Made by a program: the position numbers and the translations under genes
Assembly (NCBI GenBank): GCA_963665115.1
Contig: OY762007.1
Span: forward strand, 4,928,001 to 4,992,000
Reading direction: 5' to 3'
Length of the DNA stretch: 64,000 nucleotides
Source: an uncultured Rivularia sp.
GTDB lineage: Bacteria; Cyanobacteriota; Cyanobacteriia; Cyanobacteriales; Nostocaceae
Notes under the pieces: generated by a model
What the model saw: only the letters and a program-made list of their open reading frames with translations
The model's database searches: none
Told to the model about the DNA's origin: nothing
In this document: in pieces, positions 54,646-64,000 of the stretch
Numbering within the stretch: the stretch's first letter is position 1
Layout of the letters: every line of letters begins with the position of its first letter

Positions 54646-56163
54646 CTAAAACAAAATTTCATTCTCTTCAAGCATACTTTCAACATTACTACCAAATATT
54701 CGATTATTCTGACTCAACAAACTATTTTGCTCGTAGGAAATAAACTGCCGTTCAAAAGGAGCATTTGCAGACTTGTTAATGTCTGAAAATAAGTCGAAAT
54801 CTGTACTAAAGCTTTGTGTTATATTTTGCGTTATATATTTGCTACCAGAACTATATGCAAAGCTTTGATTAGAATTTGAATTTAGACTTAAACCGGGGAA
54901 AAAATCGCTAAAATCCGGTAATAAAGGCATATCTGGACTATCATCACCCGATGTTTCCTCTAGAATCTGTCGTATCTGCTCGTTATTAAGGCTAGAATTT
55001 GCACTTAACATTAAAGCTACTACTCCCGCAATATGAGGAGTTGCCATAGATGTACCGCTATAAGATTCATATTGATTATCTGGAAGTGTAGAGTAAATAT
55101 CTACTCCTGGAGCGGTAACATATGTCAAAGCATCTGAACCTGCACGGTTAGAAAAATTAGCCAGACTTTTATCTTCATCTATAGCTCCTACAGCAATTCC
55201 ATATCTATCGGCATAACGAGCCGGATAAAGAGGCATTTGCCCACCACTATTTCCTGCTGCCATCACCACGGCAACTCCTTGCTGGCTAGCGTATTCTACC
55301 GCTGCTGCCACATCAGAACTAGGTAGAGAACCACCCAGTGAAAGATTAATCACATCTGCTCCATTATCTACGGCATAGTAAATACCGTCAGCAACGGCAT
55401 TATTAGAGCCAGAGCCAAAATCATCTAAAACTTTGACTGGCATTATTTGAGCATCGTAAGCAATCCCAGTCACACCAAAACCATTATTTTCTCCGGCGAT
55501 AGTACCAGAAACGTGGGTACCATGCCCATCTACATCCATAGTATTGTTATTATTTCCATCAAAGTTCCAGCCATACAAATCATCTATATATCCATTACCA
55601 TCATCATCCCTTCCGTTACCCGCAATCTCACGGCTATTAGTCCAAATATTATTTTTTAAATCATCGTGATTGCGATCGATACCAGTATCTAACACCGCAA
55701 CTACTACACCCTCACCCGTATATCCTTTTTCCCATACTTCTGGAGCATTTATAGCATCAGCCCCCCAATCATTGCCCCCTTTATCGGGAACATCATCAAA
55801 AGTATCTTCTCCAGCAGCTTCCGCGACTGCTTCTGCTGCATTTGCTAAACCATAGCCATTACTAGAACTATATCCTTCACTATCGGAGGCATAAAAACTA
55901 GTTTTACTAAAATTATTCTTCTGGGAAGATAATTGAATTGTGCTGTCTGTAACTGCGACCTTAGAATTATTTAGGTTAGGTGTTATAGATGATTCAGCCG
56001 TATTCACAAGTGAATCATCAATAGAAGATTCAAAACTACTACGACTTAAAAGGTTGAAATTATTTGGTTTTAAATTATCATTTAACTCATCTATCGAGGT
56101 GATAGAAGTAATATTATGTTTTCTTTCAGGAAACAAATTGCTATCACTAAAATTAGCGTGCAT
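54646..56163 (-). CDS. S8 subtilisin-like serine peptidase
   Basis: VAVLDTG, GHGTHVSG, AAGN, GTSMATPH. Confidence 0.92.
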   Translation of the reverse strand: MHANFSDSNLFPERKHNITSITSIDELNDNLKPNNFNLLSRSSFESSIDDSLVNTAESSITPNLNNSKVAVTDSTIQLSSQKNNFSKTSFYASDSEGYSSSNGYGLANAAEAVAEAAGEDTFDDVPDKGGNDWGADAINAPEVWEKGYTGEGVVVAVLDTGIDRNHDDLKNNIWTNSREIAGNGRDDDGNGYIDDLYGWNFDGNNNNTMDVDGHGTHVSGTIAGENNGFGVTGIAYDAQIMPVKVLDDFGSGSNNAVADGIYYAVDNGADVINLSLGGSLPSSDVAAAVEYASQQGVAVVMAAGNSGGQMPLYPARYADRYGIAVGAIDEDKSLANFSNRAGSDALTYVTAPGVDIYSTLPDNQYESYSGTSMATPHIAGVVALMLSANSSLNNEQIRQILEETSGDDSPDMPLLPDFSDFFPGLSLNSNSNQSFAYSSGSKYITQNITQSFSTDFDLFSDINKSANAPFERQFISYEQNSLLSQNNRIFGSNVESMLEENEILF

Positions 56164-56553
56164 AATCTTATACCTCAAATAGATTAATATATATTTTGAT
56201 GGCAGCATCAATTGTGAAAAATATAAAATAATTCAGATATAAAGCTGCGAAAATTTCTGATTAAATATATTTACTATGAAATTAAAATCAAATTTGCTAA
56301 TTATTTTACAATAGCTTTATTTAATAGGTATTTATTGATATGAATCAAAAACTAATAATAAAAAAAGAATCAAGTTAAACATCTATAGATTATAAAAATG
56401 TATGTTATTAACTTTTAATTTTTGTGAGTGCTTTTGTTTATAAAAATAGCTTTTTAAACAGCTAAAAAGGTTCGTAATAAGCGATTTATTGCTTCATATA
56501 AGAACTAAATCCCTCACTACGAACCCCTTTTATTTTTACCTAATCCCTATTTA

Positions 56554-59500
56554 TTACGTAGAAACCACATTACTAATCGTAGAATCCCAATAGCTAAAGT
56601 TACTACTAATTTCGTTCCAACTTAGTTCTAGAGTTCTAGATTTTAAAGCATTATTATCAGTACTCCAAGGATTTAATAAAGTAAATTTTTGAGTATCAGC
56701 ATTGTAATCGATTAAAGCGTAAGCATGAGAAGCAACAATATTTGATTCTATTCCAGCAGATTTTGAACCAAATCCTATAACTTCACCAGAATTAAACGCA
56801 TCAACTACCTTGTTGAAGCTCAGATATCTACCTAAAGCAGATTTTTCGCCAGTAATATGTTTGAATGCATCGCTTAAATATCCAGCATTACCAATACCGT
56901 TATATGAATTGGTATTATCTTGATTTATCCATCCAGATTCATTAAGTTGAGCATAAGCTTTTTCAGCAAGTGCTACCCATAACTCATTGCTAGCATTGCC
57001 ATGATAATAGCCTGCATTCGCATATACGAAGTTACCAATATTATTAGTTGGTAAATATCTGTCTACAGTTACATAGTCGGCAATTCCTTTATTGTAAAAG
57101 CGGACGGTAAAAGTACCATCTCCATTATCGACAAACATATTTTGAATAGTCTCGGGTGACTGTACTAGAGTTGCACCTAAACCAGCTAAGAAGAAACAAT
57201 TATTGATATAGCCTTGTCTGATATCATCATGACTGATTCCATTTTGGAACAAAGAACCTTGAGCATATTGATAAGTGTGGGAGGTTTCGGGACGCTCGCT
57301 TCCTAAGAACCACTTATTAATTAACTTGTCTAATTGATCGGCGCTACTTCCAGCTTGTAAGTTGCTCGATTTATTTGCAGTGTCACCGTTAATCACTTTA
57401 TTGGACAAAACTGTTACATAGTCTTGCATTCCTAAGTCTGAAGCACTATCAACTATGGTACGTAAGTCTGTAATCTCAGTGGAATCTACAACACCGTTAT
57501 CTTTTGCATCGCGGAGAATTGTAATCATGTCGTTACGATCTAAATTATTGTCTGAAAATAACGACTCACTTAATGCACGTATGCTTGTATCTTGAATATT
57601 CTGTTCAAACCAATTTTGCTCGGGTTGCGCCGGTATAGGAATATAGTTTTCGGGTTGCGGTATGGGAGTTTTATCGATAACTTTGAAAGACTTTTCCCAG
57701 CTATTACTGTAACTATCTGCTTTATCCCGGCTTCTAGCCCATAACACATAATCTCCAGCTTCTAAAGAATTAACACTGTAATCAAAGCCGAACGAACCAT
57801 CTTCATTGCTACGGAATTCCACAGCATCAGCGATATTTTTCCAGCTTTCATCTTCTTTCTTCAACCAAAAATCAACTCTGGTTAAATCATCTATACCGTT
57901 AGCATCAGATACTTTAGTGTTAACAACACGCACACCATCATCAATAGTTTCGATTTCAAATAGAAAATCTGTTGGTGCAGCATTCTTAACATTGAAGTAA
58001 GTTGTTAAAACATTTCCAGAAGCACCGGCTTTATCGTAAGCTGTGGCTTTAAGTTGGTAATCACCTTGTTTCAAGGCATTAATACTGTAATCAAAACTAA
58101 TGGAACCATCCTGATTTTTATTAAAATCAAGAGCGTCTTGAATCTCAATCCATTCGCCATCTTCTTGCTTAAGCTGAAAATCGATTCTTTCTAAATCATC
58201 TTTACCATCTGCATCAAATATTGTTGTATTGTTTAACTCAACTCCTCCATCTATTTGCTTAAGATTAAAGTCGAGTTGACTGGGTGCTGCATTACCGATG
58301 TTAAAAGACTGCTGCCAACTATTACTATAGTTATTTGCTTTATCGCGAGTTCTTGCCCACAATACATAATCACCTTTTTCAAGGGACTCAATACTGTAGT
58401 CAAAGCCAGTGGAACCATCTTCATTGCTTCTAAATTCAACAGCATCGTCAATATTTTGCCAATTTCCACCCTCTTTTTTCAACCAAAAATCAACTCTGCT
58501 GAGATCGGTTACACCATTCGCATCGAATACTCTGGTATCTTTGAGACGAACACCACCACCTTCAATAACTTCGACTTCAAACCGTAAATCAGAAGGGTTA
58601 ATATTCTTAACTTGGAAATAACTTTTTAAAGTTTGACTCGCAGCACCAGCTTTATCGTAAGCCGTGGCTTTAAGTTCATAATTGCCATGTTCTAAGCTAT
58701 CAATGCTGTATTCAAAACCGAATGAACCATCTCCCTTGTCAGTAAAATCGAGCGCGTCATTAATATCAACCCATTCACCACCCTCTTTTTTGTACTGAAA
58801 ATCAACTTTTTCGAGGTCATCTATACCGTTTGCATCATATACGTTTGCATTCTTTAGCTCAATTCCTCCATTTTTAGCCTCGATTGTAAAGTCTAATTTT
58901 GTAGGTGCTAGGTTCTCAAGCTCGGGATTAATAATTTTTTGTACATCAATAGCTTTTCTCCAACCATTGCTTCTCGCGTTAGAATTATCGGTTGCTCTAC
59001 CCCATATATAATATTTGCCTTCTTCAAGATTGCTGATATCGTAGTCGAAACCAATTGAACCATCATCGTTGCTGCTAAAGTCTAGTACCCTACCAGCTTT
59101 TGTCCAATTCCCACCCTGTTTCTTTAGCCAAAAATCAACTTTATTAATGTCATTTACGCCATCAGCATCAAAAATCTTAGTATCTGTAAGCTTAATACCA
59201 CCGTTGATTACCTCTGTATCGAATTGAAATTGAGGTATATAGTTGCTTTTCACATCCAAATTGTAGGAAGTAATAGCATCATCCACTTGATGCACCTGAA
59301 TATGGTATGTACCTATACCTAAAGTCTTATTAATATTTTCATTTCCGATACCATCGGCAGATGAAACTGCAATTTCTGAGCCGTTATCATCTAGTAGTAG
59401 AACATCAACGTCGGCTGATAGATCGTTTAATGCAAGACTAAAATTACTGCGACTGCTGATAGTGAAAGTGTAGTAATCATCAGTATTATTCAAACCCACC

Positions 59501-59583
59501 GTATCTTCGATAGTTTGCCATGTTTGGGTAATATCCAAAGATGTTGAAGAGCCGAAAAGGTTCCCCGCATTATCCATTGACAT
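56554..59583 (-). CDS. PPC-like domain + five tandem ~97-aa repeats + calpain-like (C2) cysteine peptidase
   Basis: QGYINNCFFLAGL, LWVALAEKAYAQ, SHAY, LNPW catalytic C/H/N. Confidence 0.82.
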   Translation of the reverse strand: MSMDNAGNLFGSSTSLDITQTWQTIEDTVGLNNTDDYYTFTISSRSNFSLALNDLSADVDVLLLDDNGSEIAVSSADGIGNENINKTLGIGTYHIQVHQVDDAITSYNLDVKSNYIPQFQFDTEVINGGIKLTDTKIFDADGVNDINKVDFWLKKQGGNWTKAGRVLDFSSNDDGSIGFDYDISNLEEGKYYIWGRATDNSNARSNGWRKAIDVQKIINPELENLAPTKLDFTIEAKNGGIELKNANVYDANGIDDLEKVDFQYKKEGGEWVDINDALDFTDKGDGSFGFEYSIDSLEHGNYELKATAYDKAGAASQTLKSYFQVKNINPSDLRFEVEVIEGGGVRLKDTRVFDANGVTDLSRVDFWLKKEGGNWQNIDDAVEFRSNEDGSTGFDYSIESLEKGDYVLWARTRDKANNYSNSWQQSFNIGNAAPSQLDFNLKQIDGGVELNNTTIFDADGKDDLERIDFQLKQEDGEWIEIQDALDFNKNQDGSISFDYSINALKQGDYQLKATAYDKAGASGNVLTTYFNVKNAAPTDFLFEIETIDDGVRVVNTKVSDANGIDDLTRVDFWLKKEDESWKNIADAVEFRSNEDGSFGFDYSVNSLEAGDYVLWARSRDKADSYSNSWEKSFKVIDKTPIPQPENYIPIPAQPEQNWFEQNIQDTSIRALSESLFSDNNLDRNDMITILRDAKDNGVVDSTEITDLRTIVDSASDLGMQDYVTVLSNKVINGDTANKSSNLQAGSSADQLDKLINKWFLGSERPETSHTYQYAQGSLFQNGISHDDIRQGYINNCFFLAGLGATLVQSPETIQNMFVDNGDGTFTVRFYNKGIADYVTVDRYLPTNNIGNFVYANAGYYHGNASNELWVALAEKAYAQLNESGWINQDNTNSYNGIGNAGYLSDAFKHITGEKSALGRYLSFNKVVDAFNSGEVIGFGSKSAGIESNIVASHAYALIDYNADTQKFTLLNPWSTDNNALKSRTLELSWNEISSNFSYWDSTISNVVST

Positions 59584-60718
59584 AGTAATAGCTGTTTTTT
59601 ATATAAAGTTTGTAAATAACGCCTCGCATAAAAAGAAGCAAGGTAAGGATTTTATATTGGTTTGTAAATTCCTTATCTTTTAGATAGGAACTTCTATAGT
59701 GCTATTTATATTGCCAAAACAGCTAGGGAAAAATTACGTATTAATTAAAAATACAAAAATCTTATATATTACCTAAGCATCGAATTTTTATTGAAATAAA
59801 AGATACAAGTATTCTTCATTGACTTGAATATATTCAGTATTCATTCGATGTCATATAAAGTTATTCAAAACTAGCTTAGTATTTTTTTATATATTACGCT
59901 CTAAGGTTAAACTCCCTAGCAGCAAAGCTTCCAAGAGATTATACTTTTATCTAAAAATATTATCTCTGTAGCAAATATTACTTTAACAACTGATAAAAGT
60001 TGATTTATCATTATCTATGTTTAGCAGTATAGCTTTTGTACTTAAGTAGTAGAAGATAAATAAAATACTCTATTCTATTAATTATTGACTGGAAATAAGT
60101 ATCAGTTCAAAAAATTTACTATATTCAAGGAAAAATAAAACAGATCCGGAAATAATGCGTTCAAAAACTATTTTTTTACTATTCCAGGACGCAAATATAG
60201 CGGGTTTACATTAAGAAGAGATTAACGAGAGCAACACAATTCAAAGCTTTTCCTTACCTTCGCTTTATATTATTTGCTTTGATTCCATATTCCTCTACAC
60301 CTTTCAAATTTCACAAAGCGAAGAGATGATTACAAAACAAAAAGGCATTTGGGAATCGAGAATATACTGAATTCCCCTTCACCAAATGCCAATTATTAAT
60401 TATCAATCAAAAAGTCTCTTCCGTAGTAATCCACTACATTAATTTTGCCGAGTAACACATTTGTAGTGGGAGCGTCTCGCTCCCTATTTATAGCGATTCT
60501 AAATAGAAACCGATTGATTTGTAGTGCGTTAGCGCACTACGGAAATTAATTGGAATGACTATACTCTGCCTTGATTAATACTTTTTCCTTCTACGACTAT
60601 TTAATGCCGCATAACAAGTACGCCTATAACCAAAATAAATATAGATGCTACGCCTTTATTTTAAAAAACGAATCTTGAAAACTATGCTTGATATCTTTTG
60701 CCAGATCGATCGGCGTAC

Positions 60719-62903
60719 CTATGCAAAACCTCTAGCAATCGCTAAAGCCCTTCGCACCGCCGCATCGGCATTTATAAACCCGTTACCATAAGCCTCGTCA
60801 TAGCCTTTCTTACCTAAATCAAAAGCTGTTTCGGAGATAATTGCTTTTACTTGCCCTGCGCTCAAATTGGAATTAACACTCCATACTAACGAAGCAACTC
60901 CGGAAACGTTTGCTGTAGAAGCTGAAGTTCCATTGAATTTTTCGTTGTAACCAAAATCAAACTTACCTGAATCGTTACGATCTGCGCTGGTTGTAACAAA
61001 CTCAGATGGAGCAGTTACGGTTAAACCCTTACCGTAATTTGAACCCCACCAGTTATCATAAGAAACCCTTTCACCTGGTGTTTTAGCATTACCATACCAG
61101 TCTTGAGTTCCCCAAGAAGAACCGACAGCCACCACATTACCGTATTTCGCCGCTAAATCTGCGGGGACTGGCAATTTTATTACTATCACCATTACCAGCA
61201 GCAATTACAAATAAAGCTTTATCCTGGTTATCTGCAATTAGTTGCTCAAATTCTGCTGAGTAACCACCAGCCAAACTGATATTAACTACTAAACGTTTGC
61301 CCTGAGCGTTAGCTTTGTCTATCATGGCTTGCGTTGCAGTAGCCAAGTTGTAATCTAGGGCATCTTCCCCAACGACATCAACGTGCATCAAGTCAGAATT
61401 CCAGTTGATACCTGCCCCTCCTTTTTTATTATTGCTTTTAGCTGCAATACTTCCTTGTACTAAAGTTCCATGAGAAAAATCGCCCCACTCATCGAGGTAG
61501 TTTTTACCAATAAAATCAGTTTTACGTAAATCTGAATGAATTTTTCCACTACTATTAGTTCCCAAACCCGTATCTTGGATACCAATCATTACATTATCTG
61601 TACCCTTAGTAAACCGCCATGCATTATGAACTCCCATTCCATGCAAATTCCACTGCTTGCTAAATTGAGGGTCATTAGGATTTACTGATAAATTGATCGT
61701 AGTATCGGCAAATTTTATTGCTTCAATGCCTTCAAACAGAATCTCACTACCATCGCCAAGCGTCAAGGCATCAAATATTCGATTGCCATTCCCCGAATTG
61801 TAAGCGATACCTCCATTCGGATTGGTTGCATAATTAAAGGCAGCTGAAGTTGAAGCAAATTGGGATAAATCAATTAAATCCCGCGCTCCACTACCATAAT
61901 CAAAATTACCGTTACCCGAAAAAATTGTCCGACTGTAACCCGATTGGAATGTAAAGGTATCGGCTCTCAAAGTTCCTACTTGACTGCGCTTACCTTCTGC
62001 ACTTTGAGGTATGGGTGATGAAGTCGGAATCGGTGATACTTGAACAGCTGCGGTTACGGCTTCATTCCCAATAGAAGTAGGAATTGACTGGCGTAATGCC
62101 GAAGGCATCAAGCTTCGCTTATCGCCTTTGTTTGAAGTTATTTGTGATAGTGAAGATGCACTTACATCGAGGTTGTAGAAAGTCTCGCTGTTGCTGTAGG
62201 AATTTACCTGTAGGTAATAAGTTCCGGCTTCTAAAGTTTGAGCAATTAGCTCCGAAGCAGTACCGATATTAACCGAGCTAGCAAGAATATTTCCTTGACT
62301 CGACAGCAACCGCAAATCAGCATCAGCACTCAAACCGTCAACTACAACTTTAAACTCACTGGTACCAGCAAGATTAAACCTGTAATAGTCGTCTGAATCT
62401 AGTTTGCCTACCCAATCGCTAATACTTTTGCCCTGGGAATCTACAGCAACTTCACGAGCATCATTAAAAGTATTTCCCGCACTGTCAAACGGTACTGCTG
62501 AAACACTTAAACGATAATTGGTTTGTATATTGCCGTAAGGATAAACTTCAACATAGTAATTTCCAGCAGCTAAATCGGTGCTAATAGATTCAGCTAGCTT
62601 ACCTCCATTATTGGAATAAGCGATAGTTTCGCCTTTATCAAATTTCCCATTCGCATTTTTATCCTGAATCAGCTTTACGTCTGCATCCGCACTTAAGCTA
62701 TCAAGGGTGAGATTAAAACTGCTACGTCCTTTCAAACTGAAACGATATAAATCATTTGCTTCCAAACTACTTACTGTATCAGTAATTGTTTGAATAGTAG
62801 TATTAATACGTAGCTGGCTTGCTGAATCTGAAAGCCTTATTGGAAGAGTTTCTGACATGTTTATCAAATCCGAAGAAACGGTATTTATACATTCAATATC
62901 CAT
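60719..62903 (-). CDS. Two PPC-like domains + S8 peptidase; split by +1 frameshift at 61163-61166
   Basis: IQDTG, SHGT, AAGN, NGTSAS; corrected frame reads KIASPADLAAKYGNVVAVG. Confidence 0.83.
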
Positions 62904-63681
62904 AAGTACTCTCTTTTTGTGTAAAAAAAGAGACTCTGCGTCTACTTTAACCTCAAACCTATAATAAATTTACTTAATCTTCATGAAAACTTTGAATTAA
63001 TAAAATTGTCTATCTAGAGAAAATACTCAGGTTTTTCTTTTGATAAGAAAAATTATAGTGCGATTTTATTGTTACGTGTTTTCCCCATCTAAAGTTATTT
63101 ATGGCTTATTTCTAGATATGGGTAAAATGAAAAGCTATGTACGATAGATGGACATGAATTATACCTTAATTATAAACTTTTACAAAATGTTTTTGTGTAT
63201 AGTTTTGTTTTTCACTTAATTATTGCCTCTATTGTTTTGGCTAATACGTTGTAATTTGATGCTCCCTCGGAAGATGAATACTTATTTAATCTGTTGTCAA
63301 AAAATATAGTTATTTATATATAAGCTGTTATTTGCTGCGTCAATTGAAATGAAAGTTGATCGAAATAAATTAAGATAACAATCTAGCTAAATATAAAAAA
63401 CGCTTTTTTACTGGTGCGGGAGTAAGAAAACTAATTTTTTTAATTTTTAGCCAAGTAAGGCATAAATGGGCTTAAATATTTTTAGTTAAATGTAGAATTT
63501 ATGCTTGAGATGGTAAAAATTTTGTAAACTACATTATAAGAATCCGAAAACGGTTAATTGAAGTAGGGAAAGCTAACGCCCTACGGGTTGAGAACAGGTA
63601 AAGGTTGATATTGTACCTTGGCGTATGGACGGTTAATTGCAATACTTATGATGTAAAACAAACATTAGTAGAAAATAGCTG

Positions 63682-64000
63682 ATGCTGTCTTTATCCGATT
63701 TTTCTAATTCCTGGCTGATAGCAGTGGGATTGAACGCCGTACTTTTAGGTATAGTTTGGCTGGCACCAAAGAAACTGCTTACTCCTGCTGGAATACTTAA
63801 TGCCTGGTTGCTGGGTGTTTTGATTTGGGGAACGCTTGGTTTGAGGGGATATGCAGTAGTTTGCGCTTATTTTATAGTTGGTTCTGCTGTTACCCGTATC
63901 GGGATGGCACAAAAAGAAGCTGAGGGAATTGCCGAAAAGCGTTCCGGTGCAAGAGGCCCCAGAAAACGTTTGGGGTTCGGCTTTTACCGCAGCATTATGC
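63682..64000 (+). CDS. DUF92/TIGR00297 family membrane protein (partial; +1 frameshift at 63957-63960)
   Basis: Translated by hand: KKLLTPAG...YFIVGSAVTRIGMAQKEAEGIAEKRSGARGP[ENVWGSA]. Confidence 0.8.
   Translation, partial: MLSLSDFSNSWLIAVGLNAVLLGIVWLAPKKLLTPAGILNAWLLGVLIWGTLGLRGYAVVCAYFIVGSAVTRIGMAQKEAEGIAEKRSGARGPRKRLGFGFYRSIM

Noticed and set aside
59584..60718. Long AT-rich intergenic regions (also 62904-63681, 38441-39114) as RNA genes
   Set aside because: Only isolated hairpins and REP-like repeats; no tRNA, rRNA, riboswitch or CRISPR pattern recognisable

Overview
AT-rich chromosomal segment of a filamentous, probably heterocyst-forming cyanobacterium (Nostocales/Rivulariaceae-like; inferred from roughly 15 HIP1 GCGATCGC sites, heptamer STRR arrays and GTAG-type hairpin repeats). 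Housekeeping genes (rpe, uvrB, sir, xth, nagZ-like, ABC/HlyD transporters) alternate with accessory genes (serpin, NB-ARC/TPR, several subtilases, a calpain-like protease, a heme peroxidase, arsM/arsS, LysM-lysozyme, ankyrin/RHS remnants). The main discovery is a compact defence-like island at about 40.4-44.7 kb. It holds a retron-type reverse transcriptase (NAxxH, YMDD and VTG motifs) preceded by an XRE-HTH gene and by a ~610-nt structured leader closed by an 11-bp long-range inverted repeat (a1/a2-like). Inside that leader lies a 53-aa basic/amphipathic ORF whose RBS and start codon can be occluded, an architecture resembling HTH-associated (type VI-like) retrons. Downstream are a VapBC-like pair, a macrodomain gene and a YefM/RelE pair bracketed by a ~130-bp duplication. 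Seven genes are frameshifted; six share one context (an extra C in G-D-C(n) runs), which points to systematic sequencing error rather than pseudogenisation. All family calls come from motif recognition, not database searches.
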